Assembly: GCA_007376405.1 (NCBI GenBank) | Contig: VMGD01000007.1 | Span: 1-53,156 of the forward strand | Reading direction: 5' to 3' | DNA: 53,156 bases | Origin: Microgenomates group bacterium Gr01-1014_7 | GTDB lineage: Bacteria; Patescibacteriota; Microgenomatia; Daviesbacterales; UBA10151 | Shown here: piece after piece, positions 1-12,489 of the stretch | How positions within the stretch are numbered: the stretch's first letter is position 1 | How the letters are laid out: the number at the start of each line of letters is the position of its first letter | Made by a program: the position numbers and the translations under genes | The notes under the pieces: model-generated | Seen by the model: the letters and a program-made list of their open reading frames with translations, nothing else | Told to the model about the DNA's origin: nothing | Databases searched by the model: none

Positions 1-139
1 GGTTCGCGTTTGTTTTTAAAAGATCTAACCTTTTTACAGTACCTTTTTTGGATTAGGTATCCACTTCTCTACAGTCCCATTTTTGGTTAGGTAAGACTTT
101 GGTTTGGAATAACAATCACAATAAGATATAATACAGATC

Positions 140-247
140 ATGGTTGAGCAGGTATTGGATAGTGCAATTTCCAGAAGAAATTTTTTAAAGGGTACGGCAG
201 TGGCTATTTTAGGTTTAACTTTAACAGGTTGTGCCCTTTCAGGATGA
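140..247 (+). pseudogene. 5' fragment of a twin-arginine/lipoprotein gene (35 aa, MVEQVLDSAISRRNFLKGTAVAILGLTLTGCALSG*)
   Basis: Hand translation; below the ORF-track cutoff. SRRNFLK twin-Arg motif, hydrophobic stretch and LTGC lipobox, then a stop 4 residues after the Cys. TATAAT at 127-132. Confidence 0.55.
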
Positions 248-434
248 ATATAAAAATATAAATTTGGGCAAATCTTTACCATTGCCATTCTTGAGTGCAG
301 GTCTTTATTTGTGGTATTTAATGAGAGAAAGGGGTTATAGTTTTGCTGTTGCAGCACACGCCTTTCAAAATATGGGGAGTTGGATATCACTACTTTATAC
401 TAGAATAGCAAGACAAAATGAAGACATTATGTAA
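231..434 (+). pseudogene. 3' fragment resembling the C-terminus of a CPBP/CAAX (Abi) intramembrane protease
   Basis: GLYLWYLMRERGYSFAVAAHAFQN resembles the terminal HxxxN motif region of CPBP proteases. The upstream EExxxR motif is absent and the GTG start is weak. Confidence 0.4.
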
Positions 435-447
435 GCAGTAAAACTGG

Positions 448-672
448 TTATATCGGCTTACCGGCCAGGCCAAAGGACCAGAAATCGCGGGTGAAGCCGA
501 TTAGCTGAAGAGGCCAGGTTAGGATGACAGAATAAAAGCCCGGGGATAAAAAGGAAAGATAGGGCCAGCGGTAATAAAGGGCAAAGATTATGGCAAAGAC
601 AAAACCGATGATAAAGTAAGCGATGGCGATGTTAGATATAAGCTTTGATGCAATAAGTTTTGATTTTGACAT
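448..672 (-). CDS. Small hydrophobic membrane protein (74 aa)
   Basis: ATG 1 nt after the gyrA stop; hydrophobic helices. Confidence 0.7.
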   Translation of the reverse strand: MSKSKLIASKLISNIAIAYFIIGFVFAIIFALYYRWPYLSFLSPGFYSVILTWPLQLIGFTRDFWSFGLAGKPI

Positions 673-673
673 A

Positions 674-3600
674 TCACTCCGCTTTTTCCCTTGATGAAAC
701 CACTGTTGCTGCTGCCACTTTTTCTCCCGGCCGCACTCTCATTAAAATTACTCCTTGAGTTTGTCGCTGCAAAGTCGGAACCTGTTTTAGATCCATCTTT
801 ATTAATTGTCCTTTGGTGGAGGTTAAAACCAAGGTATCCATGCTTTTATTTATGGCTTGCGCCGTCACAATGAGTCCTGTTTTTTGGGTAATCTGCGCAG
901 CCTTTACTCCCTGCCCCCCTCTTCCCTGCTTTTTCCAGGCAGAAAATTTGGTTTTTTTACCCAGACCGTTTTCCATAATTAAAAGTAACTCATCTTCATT
1001 GCTTTCTACAAGATTTAAAGAAACCACCGTATCATCACCAGCAAGCCTTATGCCCCGTACACCGGATGTATCCCTGTGAGTTGGTTTAACTTGAGTTTCC
1101 ATAAATCTAATTGATTTACCGCTCCTTGAAACTATGATTAAATCATCTTTACCGGAAGTTGAGGCTACCCAACCCAGTTCATCCGAACTATCAAGTTTTA
1201 TAGCCACTAAACCGTTTTTGCGGATATTGGCGTATTCTTCAATGGCGGTTTTTTTAACAGTGCCTTTTTTGGTGCACATAAAGAAAAACTTTGCTGCTTC
1301 TTCTTTTTGTCGGGTGGTCAAAACTGCCGTAATCTTTTCTCCCTGTTCAATATTAATTAAATTAACAACAGCCTGACCTTTGGCTGCCCGTTGTGTCTCC
1401 GGAATTTCCCAGACTTTAATTTGAAAAACCCGGCCTTTGTCTGTAAAAAACAAAATATTATCATGTGTTTGGGTATAGAAAATATGAGAAACAGCATCTG
1501 TTTCTTTGGTGGAAATACCCATTACCCCTTTTCCGCCCCGATGCTGAGTCCGGAAAGACATCGGAGCTTGTCTTTTGATGTATCCTCCTGCGGTGATGGT
1601 AACAATTGTAGTTTCGTTTGCAACCAAATCCTCCTCATTAAATTCGCCTATCTTTTGTTTATAAACTCTTGTCCTTCTGTCATCTCCATATTTTTCTTTG
1701 ATTTTCAAAAGCTCGTCTTTAATAACTTTTAAGATTTTTTCCGGATGGGCCAGTAGATCCTCAAGATAGGCAATTGTTTCACGGACCATTTTAAGTTCAT
1801 CCTCAATTTTTTGACGCTCCAGGGCTGCCAGTCTTCGTAGTTGCATGTCTAAAATGGCCACCGCCTGAATCTCTGTTAATTTAAACTTGGCCATCAAATT
1901 CTGCTTTGCAGAATCTGCATCTTTACTCTTTTTGATTGTTTCAATAACAGCGTCAATATTATCAACGGCAATTTTCAAACCCTCCAAAATATGTTCCCGG
2001 GCTCGTGTCTCGCGCAATTCAAATTCGGAGCGTTTCCTGACAACTACCTGCCGGTGATAGATAAATTCCTCAAGAATGCGTTTTAAAGTGAGGAGATGAG
2101 GAACTCCGTCTGAAAGGGCTACCAGATTAACATTAAAAACCGACTGCATTGCAGTATATTTATAAAGGTTATTCAAGATTGATTGAGGTTTGCCGTCTCT
2201 TTTTAGATCAAACACAATCCGCACCATCTGTTTTCTGTCCGATTCATCGCGCAAATCCGCAATTCCTTCCAGTTTTTTGTCTTTAACCAGCTCGGCAATT
2301 CTGGCAATCAAGGTCGCCTTATTAACCTGGTAAGGAAGTTCCGAAACAATAATTTGCATTTTTCCAGCTGCTGTCTCTTCAATTTCCGCTTTGGCTCTCA
2401 TGACAATTCTTCCCTTGCCTGTAGCATAAGCTGCCAGGATTTCGGTTTGATCATAAATGGAAGCGCCGGTGGGAAAATCAGGGCCTTTTATATGTTTTAT
2501 TAGGTCTTCAACAGTAGCGGTGGGATGTTCTATCATAGCAATAAGCGCATCACAAACCTCTCCAAGATTATGAGGCGGAATCTGGGTAGCCATGCCAACT
2601 GCAATACCGGATGCGCCGTTTAATAGCAGGTTGGGTATGACTGAAGGAAGCAGTACCGGCTCTTGTACAGTACCGGAATAATTATCTATAAAATCAACGG
2701 TTTCTTTATTAATATCCCTAAGCAGTTCATCGGCAATAGCGGAAAGCCTGGCTTCGGTGTTATGGTTTATGAAGCCATTTGCTACGAACGAATGACATTT
2801 ACTATCAACTCTAATAGAATAGACAGTTTCTATACCTCCATCTTCAATATTAATAATGGGATCGAAAATATAATTATTGTCAATTAATTTTTCAAATAAT
2901 TTTTGAATTTCTATTTTAAGTGTTGGAATAATAGTTGGTAGTATTTGGGAATAATTTTGAGTCAAGTTAGAATAACGATCAAAATTATGCTTGAGAGCAA
3001 ATTCACGCTTTGCATACGCAATATTTGTATCTACCTGATTAAGAACATATTCTCTCAAAAATGGTACATAATCCAAAAGAGAAGAATCTTTATTTAAGAA
3101 ACATAAAACTTTTTCAAGCTTAGCATTCTTGTATTTAGATAAAAAACCGATTTCCTGTTGAAATAGTTTATAATTTTTTAGCCCTCTGATATATAGTTTA
3201 TGAATAGTTTTATATTTATCAAAACGTTTTGTAGAGGTAATACCAAATCTTAAGAAAAGTATTTGCAATTGATGAATCAGCGTTTCACTTTTTGAGCAAG
3301 CTGATAATTCCACCATTTTTTTACTACTACTGATACTGCCATCACCCTCAAAATAGGCAGATAAAAAGGCTGATACAATAGCTTTAGGAGATTTGAATAT
3401 AGTATGGGGTATGATTCTTCCCGGAGATTTTAATGGTGTTAAACCTAAATTCCGTAAAAATTCAATTATATAATGAGAATGTATTTCCAGTCTTTGATAT
3501 GGTTTTTTCCCATAAGATGATGGTTTGCGTAAAAATCTATGAAGACGACAATCTGGAAAAACTGCTTTCCATGATTTGATAAATTGTTCAATCCAAGCTT

Positions 3601-4465
3601 CATCGCTATTGCAAAACTCGATTTTATCCTTTGTAATAGAGCCTTCTGCCAATAAAGCTCCCAGAATAGCGGCTAAATCTTTTGTAAGGGTTTTAGGCAA
3701 AACCTTAATTTGTGTTCTAGCTCCAAGATTCTGCGGTATAAACTGTTCAAGTGGAAGATTTTTTCCTGGCCATAAGACATCTTTACTGCGATCTATTATT
3801 GCAATATCACCTTCTTTACTATGTCCCAACAGTTTCCACTTAAATTCAGGAATGCCAGAAACCGGGTTTTTAGACCATATTAAAATTGGGTGGTTATAAG
3901 TTCCCTGAATATTAAATCCCTGGGCTGTTGTTATTTTTAATGTAGAATGCTTGCCACTATCAAACCATTTTGAGGCAGAATTAATCACTTGGTTATGGGA
4001 TAGGACGGAGATGGAAATATCTTCGGAAATTCCCTCACTAATTTCCTCAATTGGAACTAACCCCCCCGCTGTAGTTACAAGTGTGGACCCTATAGTACAA
4101 TATCGCATTGCTGCCGGCGAGTCACCATCGATAGACCCATAGTTACCTTGTCCATCTACTAACATATATCTCATGGAAAAATTCTGGGCCATTCTGACCA
4201 TGGCTTCATAAACAGGAGCATCTCCGTGCGGGTGAAGATTTTTCAAAACCTCTCCCACTACCGCCGCGCTCTTTTGATAACGGGATGTATGATGCAGCCC
4301 CTGCTGATGCATAGCATAAACAATTCTTCTCTGGACCGGTTTTAATCCGTCACGGACATCAGGAAGAGCCCGGGAGACAATAACCGACATGGCATAGTCC
4401 AAATAAGACTTTTGCATCTCTTCAACTATTGGAGCCAGCTGAATTTTACCAATGTTGTTGTTCAT
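674..4465 (-). CDS. gyrA: DNA gyrase subunit A, intein-containing (816 aa after splicing)
   Basis: [26 protein letters not shown] catalytic Tyr122, GyrA-box QHRGGKG and C-terminal beta-pinwheel repeats. Confidence 0.97.
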   Translation of the reverse strand: MNNNIGKIQLAPIVEEMQKSYLDYAMSVIVSRALPDVRDGLKPVQRRIVYAMHQQGLHHTSRYQKSAAVVGEVLKNLHPHGDAPVYEAMVRMAQNFSMRYMLVDGQGNYGSIDGDSPAAMRYCTIGSTLVTTAGGLVPIEEISEGISEDISISVLSHNQVINSASKWFDSGKHSTLKITTAQGFNIQGTYNHPILIWSKNPVSGIPEFKWKLLGHSKEGDIAIIDRSKDVLWPGKNLPLEQFIPQNLGARTQIKVLPKTLTKDLAAILGALLAEGSITKDKIEFCNSDEAWIEQFIKSWKAVFPDCRLHRFLRKPSSYGKKPYQRLEIHSHYIIEFLRNLGLTPLKSPGRIIPHTIFKSPKAIVSAFLSAYFEGDGSISSSKKMVELSACSKSETLIHQLQILFLRFGITSTKRFDKYKTIHKLYIRGLKNYKLFQQEIGFLSKYKNAKLEKVLCFLNKDSSLLDYVPFLREYVLNQVDTNIAYAKREFALKHNFDRYSNLTQNYSQILPTIIPTLKIEIQKLFEKLIDNNYIFDPIINIEDGGIETVYSIRVDSKCHSFVANGFINHNTEARLSAIADELLRDINKETVDFIDNYSGTVQEPVLLPSVIPNLLLNGASGIAVGMATQIPPHNLGEVCDALIAMIEHPTATVEDLIKHIKGPDFPTGASIYDQTEILAAYATGKGRIVMRAKAEIEETAAGKMQIIVSELPYQVNKATLIARIAELVKDKKLEGIADLRDESDRKQMVRIVFDLKRDGKPQSILNNLYKYTAMQSVFNVNLVALSDGVPHLLTLKRILEEFIYHRQVVVRKRSEFELRETRAREHILEGLKIAVDNIDAVIETIKKSKDADSAKQNLMAKFKLTEIQAVAILDMQLRRLAALERQKIEDELKMVRETIAYLEDLLAHPEKILKVIKDELLKIKEKYGDDRRTRVYKQKIGEFNEEDLVANETTIVTITAGGYIKRQAPMSFRTQHRGGKGVMGISTKETDAVSHIFYTQTHDNILFFTDKGRVFQIKVWEIPETQRAAKGQAVVNLINIEQGEKITAVLTTRQKEEAAKFFFMCTKKGTVKKTAIEEYANIRKNGLVAIKLDSSDELGWVASTSGKDDLIIVSRSGKSIRFMETQVKPTHRDTSGVRGIRLAGDDTVVSLNLVESNEDELLLIMENGLGKKTKFSAWKKQGRGGQGVKAAQITQKTGLIVTAQAINKSMDTLVLTSTKGQLIKMDLKQVPTLQRQTQGVILMRVRPGEKVAAATVVSSREKAE
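2759..4099 (-). mobile_element. Intein with LAGLIDADG homing endonuclease (447 aa)
   Basis: Starts at Cys after AAMRY and ends ...[10 protein letters not shown] before Thr (TEARL). Block B GTYNHPI; LAGLIDADG-like motifs [10 protein letters not shown] and [11 protein letters not shown]. Visibly more AT-rich than the exteins. Confidence 0.95.
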
Positions 4466-4500
4466 AGAGGCATTAAAAACGAGCTTTAAGCTCTAATAAA

Positions 4501-5421
4501 TTATACTCTTTTTAAGTTGCTATAATCAAGGGGTTTTAAGGCCATTTTAACTAATTTGTCCATTAATTTTGGGAAAGAAATGCCAACTGCAGCTGCTGCT
4601 TTAGGAAAAAGAGAAGAAGCTGTTAATCCAGGAATTGTGTTGATCTCCAAAACATATGGTTTCCCATCTGACACAATGAAATCTATTCGACTGTAATGTC
4701 CCAAATTTAATGTTTTGTGAATTTTTAAAGCTATTTTCTGGACTGATTTTTTCAGTGCAAGAGAAAGAGATGGGGCATGAGGAATTTCTTTTGTTGCTCC
4801 CCAATATTTGTTTTTATAATCAAACCACTCACCCTCCGGTGGAATAATTTCTACCACAGGCAAAGCTTTGCTTTGAAGTATGGAAACAGTTATCTCAATC
4901 CCAGGCAAATACTTTTCTGCAAACAGCTTAAGCCCTGATTTGAAAAGTTTTTGGGAAAGATATTTCTTAAGATCATCAGAGGATTTTAAAATTACCACTT
5001 CTCTGGATGAACCGCCAGCGTCACTTTTTAAAACACAGGGAAAACCAAACTGTAGGATATCTTTCTCGTTATTAACCGTTCTCCAAGCTGCGGTTGGGAT
5101 ATTATTTTTTTCGCAGAATTTCTTGAAAGAAATTTTATACCAGCCTTTTTTAAATCCTTTTGGATCACCTCCTACAAAAGGAATTTTTAAAGAAGTTAAA
5201 AATTGTTGTAATTTACCTCCTTCCCCTTCCTCTCCGTGTAAGACCGGAAAAACTACATCAAATTTTTTTAAAATTTTTTTAAGTTCCTTGTATCCCTTTT
5301 TAAGATTAAACAACTTAACTTTATGTGCAAATTCTTCAAGTCCCTTTTTAACTTCTCCCGCGGACATAAAAGAAATTTTTCTTTCAGATGAGTTTCCGCC
5401 TGTAATTATTAGTACTTTCAT
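4501..5421 (-). CDS. ddl: D-alanine--D-alanine ligase
   Basis: GGNSSERKIS, VLHGEEGEGG, FDYKNKY and LEINTIPGLT ATP-grasp motifs; adjacent to alr. Confidence 0.93.
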   Translation of the reverse strand: MKVLIITGGNSSERKISFMSAGEVKKGLEEFAHKVKLFNLKKGYKELKKILKKFDVVFPVLHGEEGEGGKLQQFLTSLKIPFVGGDPKGFKKGWYKISFKKFCEKNNIPTAAWRTVNNEKDILQFGFPCVLKSDAGGSSREVVILKSSDDLKKYLSQKLFKSGLKLFAEKYLPGIEITVSILQSKALPVVEIIPPEGEWFDYKNKYWGATKEIPHAPSLSLALKKSVQKIALKIHKTLNLGHYSRIDFIVSDGKPYVLEINTIPGLTASSLFPKAAAAVGISFPKLMDKLVKMALKPLDYSNLKRV

Positions 5422-6533
5422 AAAACTACCCTTCTGGTGGAGTCAGCCAGATTAACCAGAATTTCATAAGGGAGTTTATTGCAAATTCTTGCCACATTTT
5501 CTATAGAATTCGGGTCTTGAGAGTTATCCGAGTAAACTACAACTTCCTGTTTAATGTAAGGATTCTTAACTTTACCTAAATCTATGATGGTAATATTCAT
5601 GCTGACTCTGCCGATTATTGGACAAGCCACCCCGTCTATCATCACAAAACCCTTGTTAGATAGTGCTCGATCCACTCCATCATAATATCCTATTGGTAAT
5701 ATTCCAGTCAGCATATCTTTTTTGGCAGTGAATGTGCCTTCATATCCTATTTTATTCCCTTTGCTCAAATTTTTAATCTGGATGATTTTGGTGGTTAGTT
5801 TAAAAACTGGTTTGAGAGATGGGATGGTATGATTTATTCCATAAAGAGCCAAACCTACTCTTGCCATATTGCATCCCGGGTTTAATCTATTTAAAATCCC
5901 ACCGGAATTTGACATATGAATCCATTTTGGTTTTATTCCCGCTTGCATAATAATTTTTCTAATGAGACGAAAATTGTTCAGCTGTTTTTTTGTCAGCGGA
6001 TCATTTGCTTTTTCAGAATAGGCCAAATGTGACATCAACCCTTCGACTTTTATTTTTTTAAATTGTTTAATAATTTTTAAGAAATTTGTTAAATCTTCAA
6101 GTGGAACTCCTTCCCTGCCCATGCCGGTATCGACAAAAATGTGTACTCCGCAACCGGGTTGATATTCATTTAAAACTCTAACTGTTTCAAGATCATAAAC
6201 GGCAAAAGAAAATGGCAATTTTTTCACTTTTAAATTTTCAGAGTTGGTATAGCCCATTATTAAAATTGGCGTTTTAACACCGGCCTTTAAAAGTTCATAG
6301 GCTTCATATAAAGAATCTACACAAAAAAAGGGGGCCTTAAGCGGATCCAAAATTTTTGCGATCTCCAGTATTCCATGTCCGTAAGCATTGCTTTTTAAAA
6401 CCGGTGCAACTTTTACCTGTTTATCAAACGAAGATAGATAGTTAAAATTTGCCAGCAAATTTTCTCGAGAAACTTCTACAAGGTTTAGAGTCTGATATTC
6501 TTTTTTAAGTAGCTTGAAAATTTTATTGATCAT
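5418..6533 (-). CDS. alr: Alanine racemase
   Basis: VLKSNAYGHG (PLP lysine), DTGMGREG, PIGYYDG, IIGRVSMN. Confidence 0.95.
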   Translation of the reverse strand: MINKIFKLLKKEYQTLNLVEVSRENLLANFNYLSSFDKQVKVAPVLKSNAYGHGILEIAKILDPLKAPFFCVDSLYEAYELLKAGVKTPILIMGYTNSENLKVKKLPFSFAVYDLETVRVLNEYQPGCGVHIFVDTGMGREGVPLEDLTNFLKIIKQFKKIKVEGLMSHLAYSEKANDPLTKKQLNNFRLIRKIIMQAGIKPKWIHMSNSGGILNRLNPGCNMARVGLALYGINHTIPSLKPVFKLTTKIIQIKNLSKGNKIGYEGTFTAKKDMLTGILPIGYYDGVDRALSNKGFVMIDGVACPIIGRVSMNITIIDLGKVKNPYIKQEVVVYSDNSQDPNSIENVARICNKLPYEILVNLADSTRRVVL

Positions 6534-6583
6534 CTGTTAATCATTTGAGATCAGCTTTCTTTACAAGTATAATTGACTTCAAC

Positions 6584-8854
6584 ATGAATTTCCAATCTCT
6601 TAGAAAAAAGCATAAACAGTTTATATATGAAGGATTTGAAATTAACGAGGAAAATGGTGATTTAAAAATAAGTTTTAATTTCACCATTACACCTGATGTT
6701 AAGTTTAAACCGGAAATTATTTTTCCAAATATAAATTGGGAAGATAAATTAAATAATCTGGTTTTTAATTTGGGGATGATTGAAATGTTAAGTTACTGGA
6801 AGGCTACTTGTTCTCCTGAGATTATCATTAAAGCAGGATCTTTAAATGAGGAACAGATAAATTGGTGGAAGGATTTGATTATAAAGGGACTGGGAGAATT
6901 TTTTTATAATAACAAGATAGATTTTACTATTCCGGATTTAGTTAATATAACCTCCGAAGGAGAAATGTATAAAAAAAACACAGGCAAGCTTAAGAATAGA
7001 AATTTAGTATTGATTGGTGGAGGAAAAGATTCGGCAGTAACCTTGGAAAGACTAAAGGGTATCCCTTTAATGTTAAATCCCACAAATGCAGCAAAAAAAA
7101 TTGCTAAAGATGGCATAATTATAAAAAGAAAAATAGATCCAAAGTTATTAGAATTAAATGCAAAAGGATATTTAAATGGGCATACCCCGTTTTCTGCTTA
7201 TTTAGCTTTTTTATCCACCCTGTCAGCACATCTTTATGGTTATCAAAACGTTGTAGTTTCTAATGAGGCAAGTTCTAATGAAGGAAATGTTTTCTATCAT
7301 GGACAAATCATAAACCATCAATATTCTAAATCAAAAGAATTTGAACAAAAGTTTAGGGAATATTCAAAAAAATATTTATCAGCAGATACTAATTATTACA
7401 GCTATCTTCGTAAATTTAGTGAACTTGAAATTGCCAGACAATTTGCCTCCATGGAGCAATATCACAAAGTCTTTAGAAGTTGCAATAGGGGTTCAAAATT
7501 GGGTGGAATTTGGTGTGGAGAATGTTCTAAATGTTTATTTTCATATTTAATTCTTTACCCATTTTTAGGAAAAAAATTAATAAGAATTTTTGGCAAGGAT
7601 TTATTAAATGATGAGACTTTATCTCCCATAATGGAAGAGCTTCTGCAATTTCCAGGAAAATTTAAGCCATTTGAATGTGTTGGAACAAAAGAAGAGGTAG
7701 AGTATGCAATGTTGCTTGGTATTTTAAAAGGGCCAAAGAAATTACTGGAAAAATATAAGAGTAAGATTTCTGTTTTGATTTTGGGTACGGGAAGAGAAGG
7801 GCAGGTAACAAAAGAATTTTTGAAAAAAAATAATATTAAATTTGCCATCGCAGATACTACGAAAAAAAATTACTTAGGGAATTATGATGTAATAATTAAA
7901 TCTCCCGGTATTCCCTTTCTTCCGGAAATTAAAAAAGCAAAGATGAAGAGTAAAATAATCACCTCTGCCACTCAAATTTTCTTTGATTTATGCAAAGGTA
8001 AAATAATTGGAGTAACCGGCACCAAAGGGAAAAGCACAACCGCGGCTATGATTTATGAGGTTTTAAAGACAGGAGGATTAGATGTTTATTTTGTGGGAAA
8101 TATTGGCCGGCCACCACTGGAACTGCTGGAAAAAATTAATGAGAATTCTGTTCTTGTTTACGAGCTATCTTCATTTCAACTGACCGATTTGACAAAAAGC
8201 CCGTATATTGCGGTGATAACCAATATTTATCCGGATCATTTGGACTGGCATGGCAGTTTTGAAAATTACAAAAAAGCTAAAGAAAATATTACAAAATACC
8301 AGACAGACACAGACGTTATTATTCAACATAAAAATCCGGTTGAAGCCGCGAAGATTATTGGCAAATTATTTAAGATCCACACGGATAAAATAAAAAAGGC
8401 TATAAAGAATTTTAAACCTCTACCTCATCGGCTGGAATATGTAGGAGAAGTTAAGGGCATAAAATTTTACAATGACTCACTGGCTACTAATCCTCATGCC
8501 ACTATTTATGGATTAAGGATTTTGGGAGAAGATGTTGAAACTTTAATGGCTGGAGGATTTGACCGCGGAGTTGATTATGCGGTTTTAGGACCGGCGGTTG
8601 CAAAATCAAAAATAAAAACCCTAATTCTTTTTCCTGATACTGGAGAAAAAATTTGGCAAGCTGTTAAGAAGGCAAATGGACCCCAGGAAAAACTTTATGC
8701 AAATTCTATGGAAGAAGCTGTGAAACTTAGCTTTGAAAAAACCAATCCAGGAAAAATCTGTCTAATGTCCCCTGCCTCGGCCAGTTTTAATATGTTTAAA
8801 GATTATGAAGATAGAGGAAATCAATTTAAGAAATATGTGTTACAAAGAAATTAG
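6584..8854 (+). CDS. Fused MurL (UDP-MurNAc-L-Ala-L-Glu epimerase) and MurD2-type glutamate ligase
   Basis: N-half: GGGKDS, NGHTPFSA, SNEASS, INHQYSKS, WCGECSKC, KPFECVG (MurL-like). C-half from about 7763: LGTGREG, KSPGIP, GVTGTKGKST, ELSSFQL, HRLE, NDSLATN, SPASASF (MurD family). Start moved from TTG 6545 to ATG 6584. Confidence 0.85.
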   Translation: MNFQSLRKKHKQFIYEGFEINEENGDLKISFNFTITPDVKFKPEIIFPNINWEDKLNNLVFNLGMIEMLSYWKATCSPEIIIKAGSLNEEQINWWKDLIIKGLGEFFYNNKIDFTIPDLVNITSEGEMYKKNTGKLKNRNLVLIGGGKDSAVTLERLKGIPLMLNPTNAAKKIAKDGIIIKRKIDPKLLELNAKGYLNGHTPFSAYLAFLSTLSAHLYGYQNVVVSNEASSNEGNVFYHGQIINHQYSKSKEFEQKFREYSKKYLSADTNYYSYLRKFSELEIARQFASMEQYHKVFRSCNRGSKLGGIWCGECSKCLFSYLILYPFLGKKLIRIFGKDLLNDETLSPIMEELLQFPGKFKPFECVGTKEEVEYAMLLGILKGPKKLLEKYKSKISVLILGTGREGQVTKEFLKKNNIKFAIADTTKKNYLGNYDVIIKSPGIPFLPEIKKAKMKSKIITSATQIFFDLCKGKIIGVTGTKGKSTTAAMIYEVLKTGGLDVYFVGNIGRPPLELLEKINENSVLVYELSSFQLTDLTKSPYIAVITNIYPDHLDWHGSFENYKKAKENITKYQTDTDVIIQHKNPVEAAKIIGKLFKIHTDKIKKAIKNFKPLPHRLEYVGEVKGIKFYNDSLATNPHATIYGLRILGEDVETLMAGGFDRGVDYAVLGPAVAKSKIKTLILFPDTGEKIWQAVKKANGPQEKLYANSMEEAVKLSFEKTNPGKICLMSPASASFNMFKDYEDRGNQFKKYVLQRN

Positions 8855-10044
8855 CTGATAAACTTCTTAGCTATTTTATCCATATCCCCTGCGCCCATAA
8901 AGAAAACAATATCATTTTCTTTTAAGCTTTTTTCTAAATAATTATTAAGTTTATCTTTAGCAATATAGGGTTTGCCCGCTGCATTTGCTAATTGTTTTGA
9001 AGTGACCAATCCCTTATCCGCTTCCCTACTTTGATAAATATCAGTAATAATGATTTTATCTATCGGGATTTCCCTAAATATTTTTACAAAATCATTAAAA
9101 AAGGCCTTGGTTCTGGTGAACATGTGCGGTTCGAAAATTAGCCAGATTCTGGATTTGGGAAATTTTTCCCTGGCTGCTTCCATGGTGGTTTTTATTTCCG
9201 TTGGATGGTGTCCAAAATCAGTATAAATTTTTGCTCCTTTAAAATCTCCCAAATATTCAAATCTTCTGCTAATTCCTGTATAATTTGATAAACTCTCCTT
9301 AATCTTTTCAGGATTAATTTTTAGAAGCAAACCGACCTGATACACTAAAGAGGCATTTAAAATATTAAATTCCCCCGGTATAGCCAGTGCAAAATTTATT
9401 AATTTTGGATTTGGTTGGTCAATTATTTTTTTTGATTTACTTTTAAATTTGTCAAAACTTTCTTGATAAGCTTTAAAATCCTTAAAGTATTCCGGATGGT
9501 CATATTCTATATTGGTAACAACAGATATGTCAGTATGTAATGACAAGAAATTATCGTTATATTCATCTGCTTCTACCACAAAATATTTAGACTTCCCTAC
9601 TTTGTAATTTGCTCTCCATTTTGGGACAATTGCTCCGATTACAACAGTTGGGTCCAAACCGCCGTCTTCCAGCATCGAAGCAATCATGGTAGTGGTGGTG
9701 GTTTTGCCGTGGGTTCCGGCAACAGCAATGACAAATTTATCTTTAGTTAAATACTTTCCCAAGAATTCCTGCCAGGTCATGATGGGAATACGATGTTTCT
9801 TAGCTGCCACAAGTTCCGGATTATCCGGATCCAAAGAATAAATTGCCGGAGTAACTGCCAGAATATCAATATTTTTTATATGCTTCGGAGCATGTCCTTT
9901 AAAAAGTTGGGAGGGTTTGAATTGGGTGGTGAATTCATTATTCGGTTCAAGGTCGCACCCTGTAACTTCAAACCCCTGAGTCTCTGCAATGGCCGCCGCA
10001 GCCGATGCCCCGCTCCCCCCTATTCCCAGAAAATGTACTCTCAT
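8851..10044 (-). CDS. murC: UDP-N-acetylmuramate--L-alanine ligase
   Basis: HFLGIGGSG, AGTHGKTTT, VEADE, TNIEYDH, RRFE, DFGHHPTEI, FMGAGD. Confidence 0.92.
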   Translation of the reverse strand: MRVHFLGIGGSGASAAAAIAETQGFEVTGCDLEPNNEFTTQFKPSQLFKGHAPKHIKNIDILAVTPAIYSLDPDNPELVAAKKHRIPIMTWQEFLGKYLTKDKFVIAVAGTHGKTTTTTMIASMLEDGGLDPTVVIGAIVPKWRANYKVGKSKYFVVEADEYNDNFLSLHTDISVVTNIEYDHPEYFKDFKAYQESFDKFKSKSKKIIDQPNPKLINFALAIPGEFNILNASLVYQVGLLLKINPEKIKESLSNYTGISRRFEYLGDFKGAKIYTDFGHHPTEIKTTMEAAREKFPKSRIWLIFEPHMFTRTKAFFNDFVKIFREIPIDKIIITDIYQSREADKGLVTSKQLANAAGKPYIAKDKLNNYLEKSLKENDIVFFMGAGDMDKIAKKFIS

Positions 10045-10520
10045 TTAACTTGTGATAATTTTTCAATATAGAGATTAAGGTAGTTTATAGCATCTGTCAG
10101 GAATTTATGGTTTTCTTCAGTTGGATCAAGATCACCCGGGTAATTAGTCAATAAATTATTGATTGATTGTTGGTGATTCCTGAATTTACCGATAAACTGA
10201 TTGGCCTTATCTTTTAAATTATTCTGCACAATCAGATTTGTAACCTCACCCGCAGTGGCAGTGTATCTTAAGGACGAATCCCAAAGCAGATAGGTTTTTT
10301 TATTGTAAGTGAGATGTTCCAGCTCTTTCAATCGTACGGAGAGTAAACTGTCATAGTAATCGGCTTTCTGCTCCGGTGAAAGCCGCAAATTCAAAAATAT
10401 TTTTTCCTGAAGTCTCTTTAAATTATAAGTGGGGGAACCGGGATTGGCATTGTTGGATGTAAGCAGTAACAGCGCCAGTACGGTTAAAATAACAATTAAG
10501 AATAGTTTAGCCTGTTTCAT
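10041..10520 (-). CDS. Membrane-anchored DUF5667-like protein
   Basis: N-terminal TM/signal followed by PGSPTYNLKRLQE, a DUF5667-type motif recalled from memory. Start moved to ATG 10520, which has TATAAT 6 nt upstream. Confidence 0.6.
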   Translation of the reverse strand: MKQAKLFLIVILTVLALLLLTSNNANPGSPTYNLKRLQEKIFLNLRLSPEQKADYYDSLLSVRLKELEHLTYNKKTYLLWDSSLRYTATAGEVTNLIVQNNLKDKANQFIGKFRNHQQSINNLLTNYPGDLDPTEENHKFLTDAINYLNLYIEKLSQVK

Positions 10521-10527
10521 ACCGGGA

Positions 10528-12486
<1,959 letters not shown>

Positions 12487-12489
12487 CTA

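Noticed and set aside
34-390. 118-aa minus-strand ORF
   Set aside because: No recognisable motif; it is the antisense of two plus-strand fragments that do carry motifs.
4826-4842. CACCCTCCGGTGG in ddl resembling the CCACCC palindrome family
   Set aside because: Imperfect stem, and it encodes EIIPPEGEWFDY at normal Ddl spacing, so no insertion is evident.
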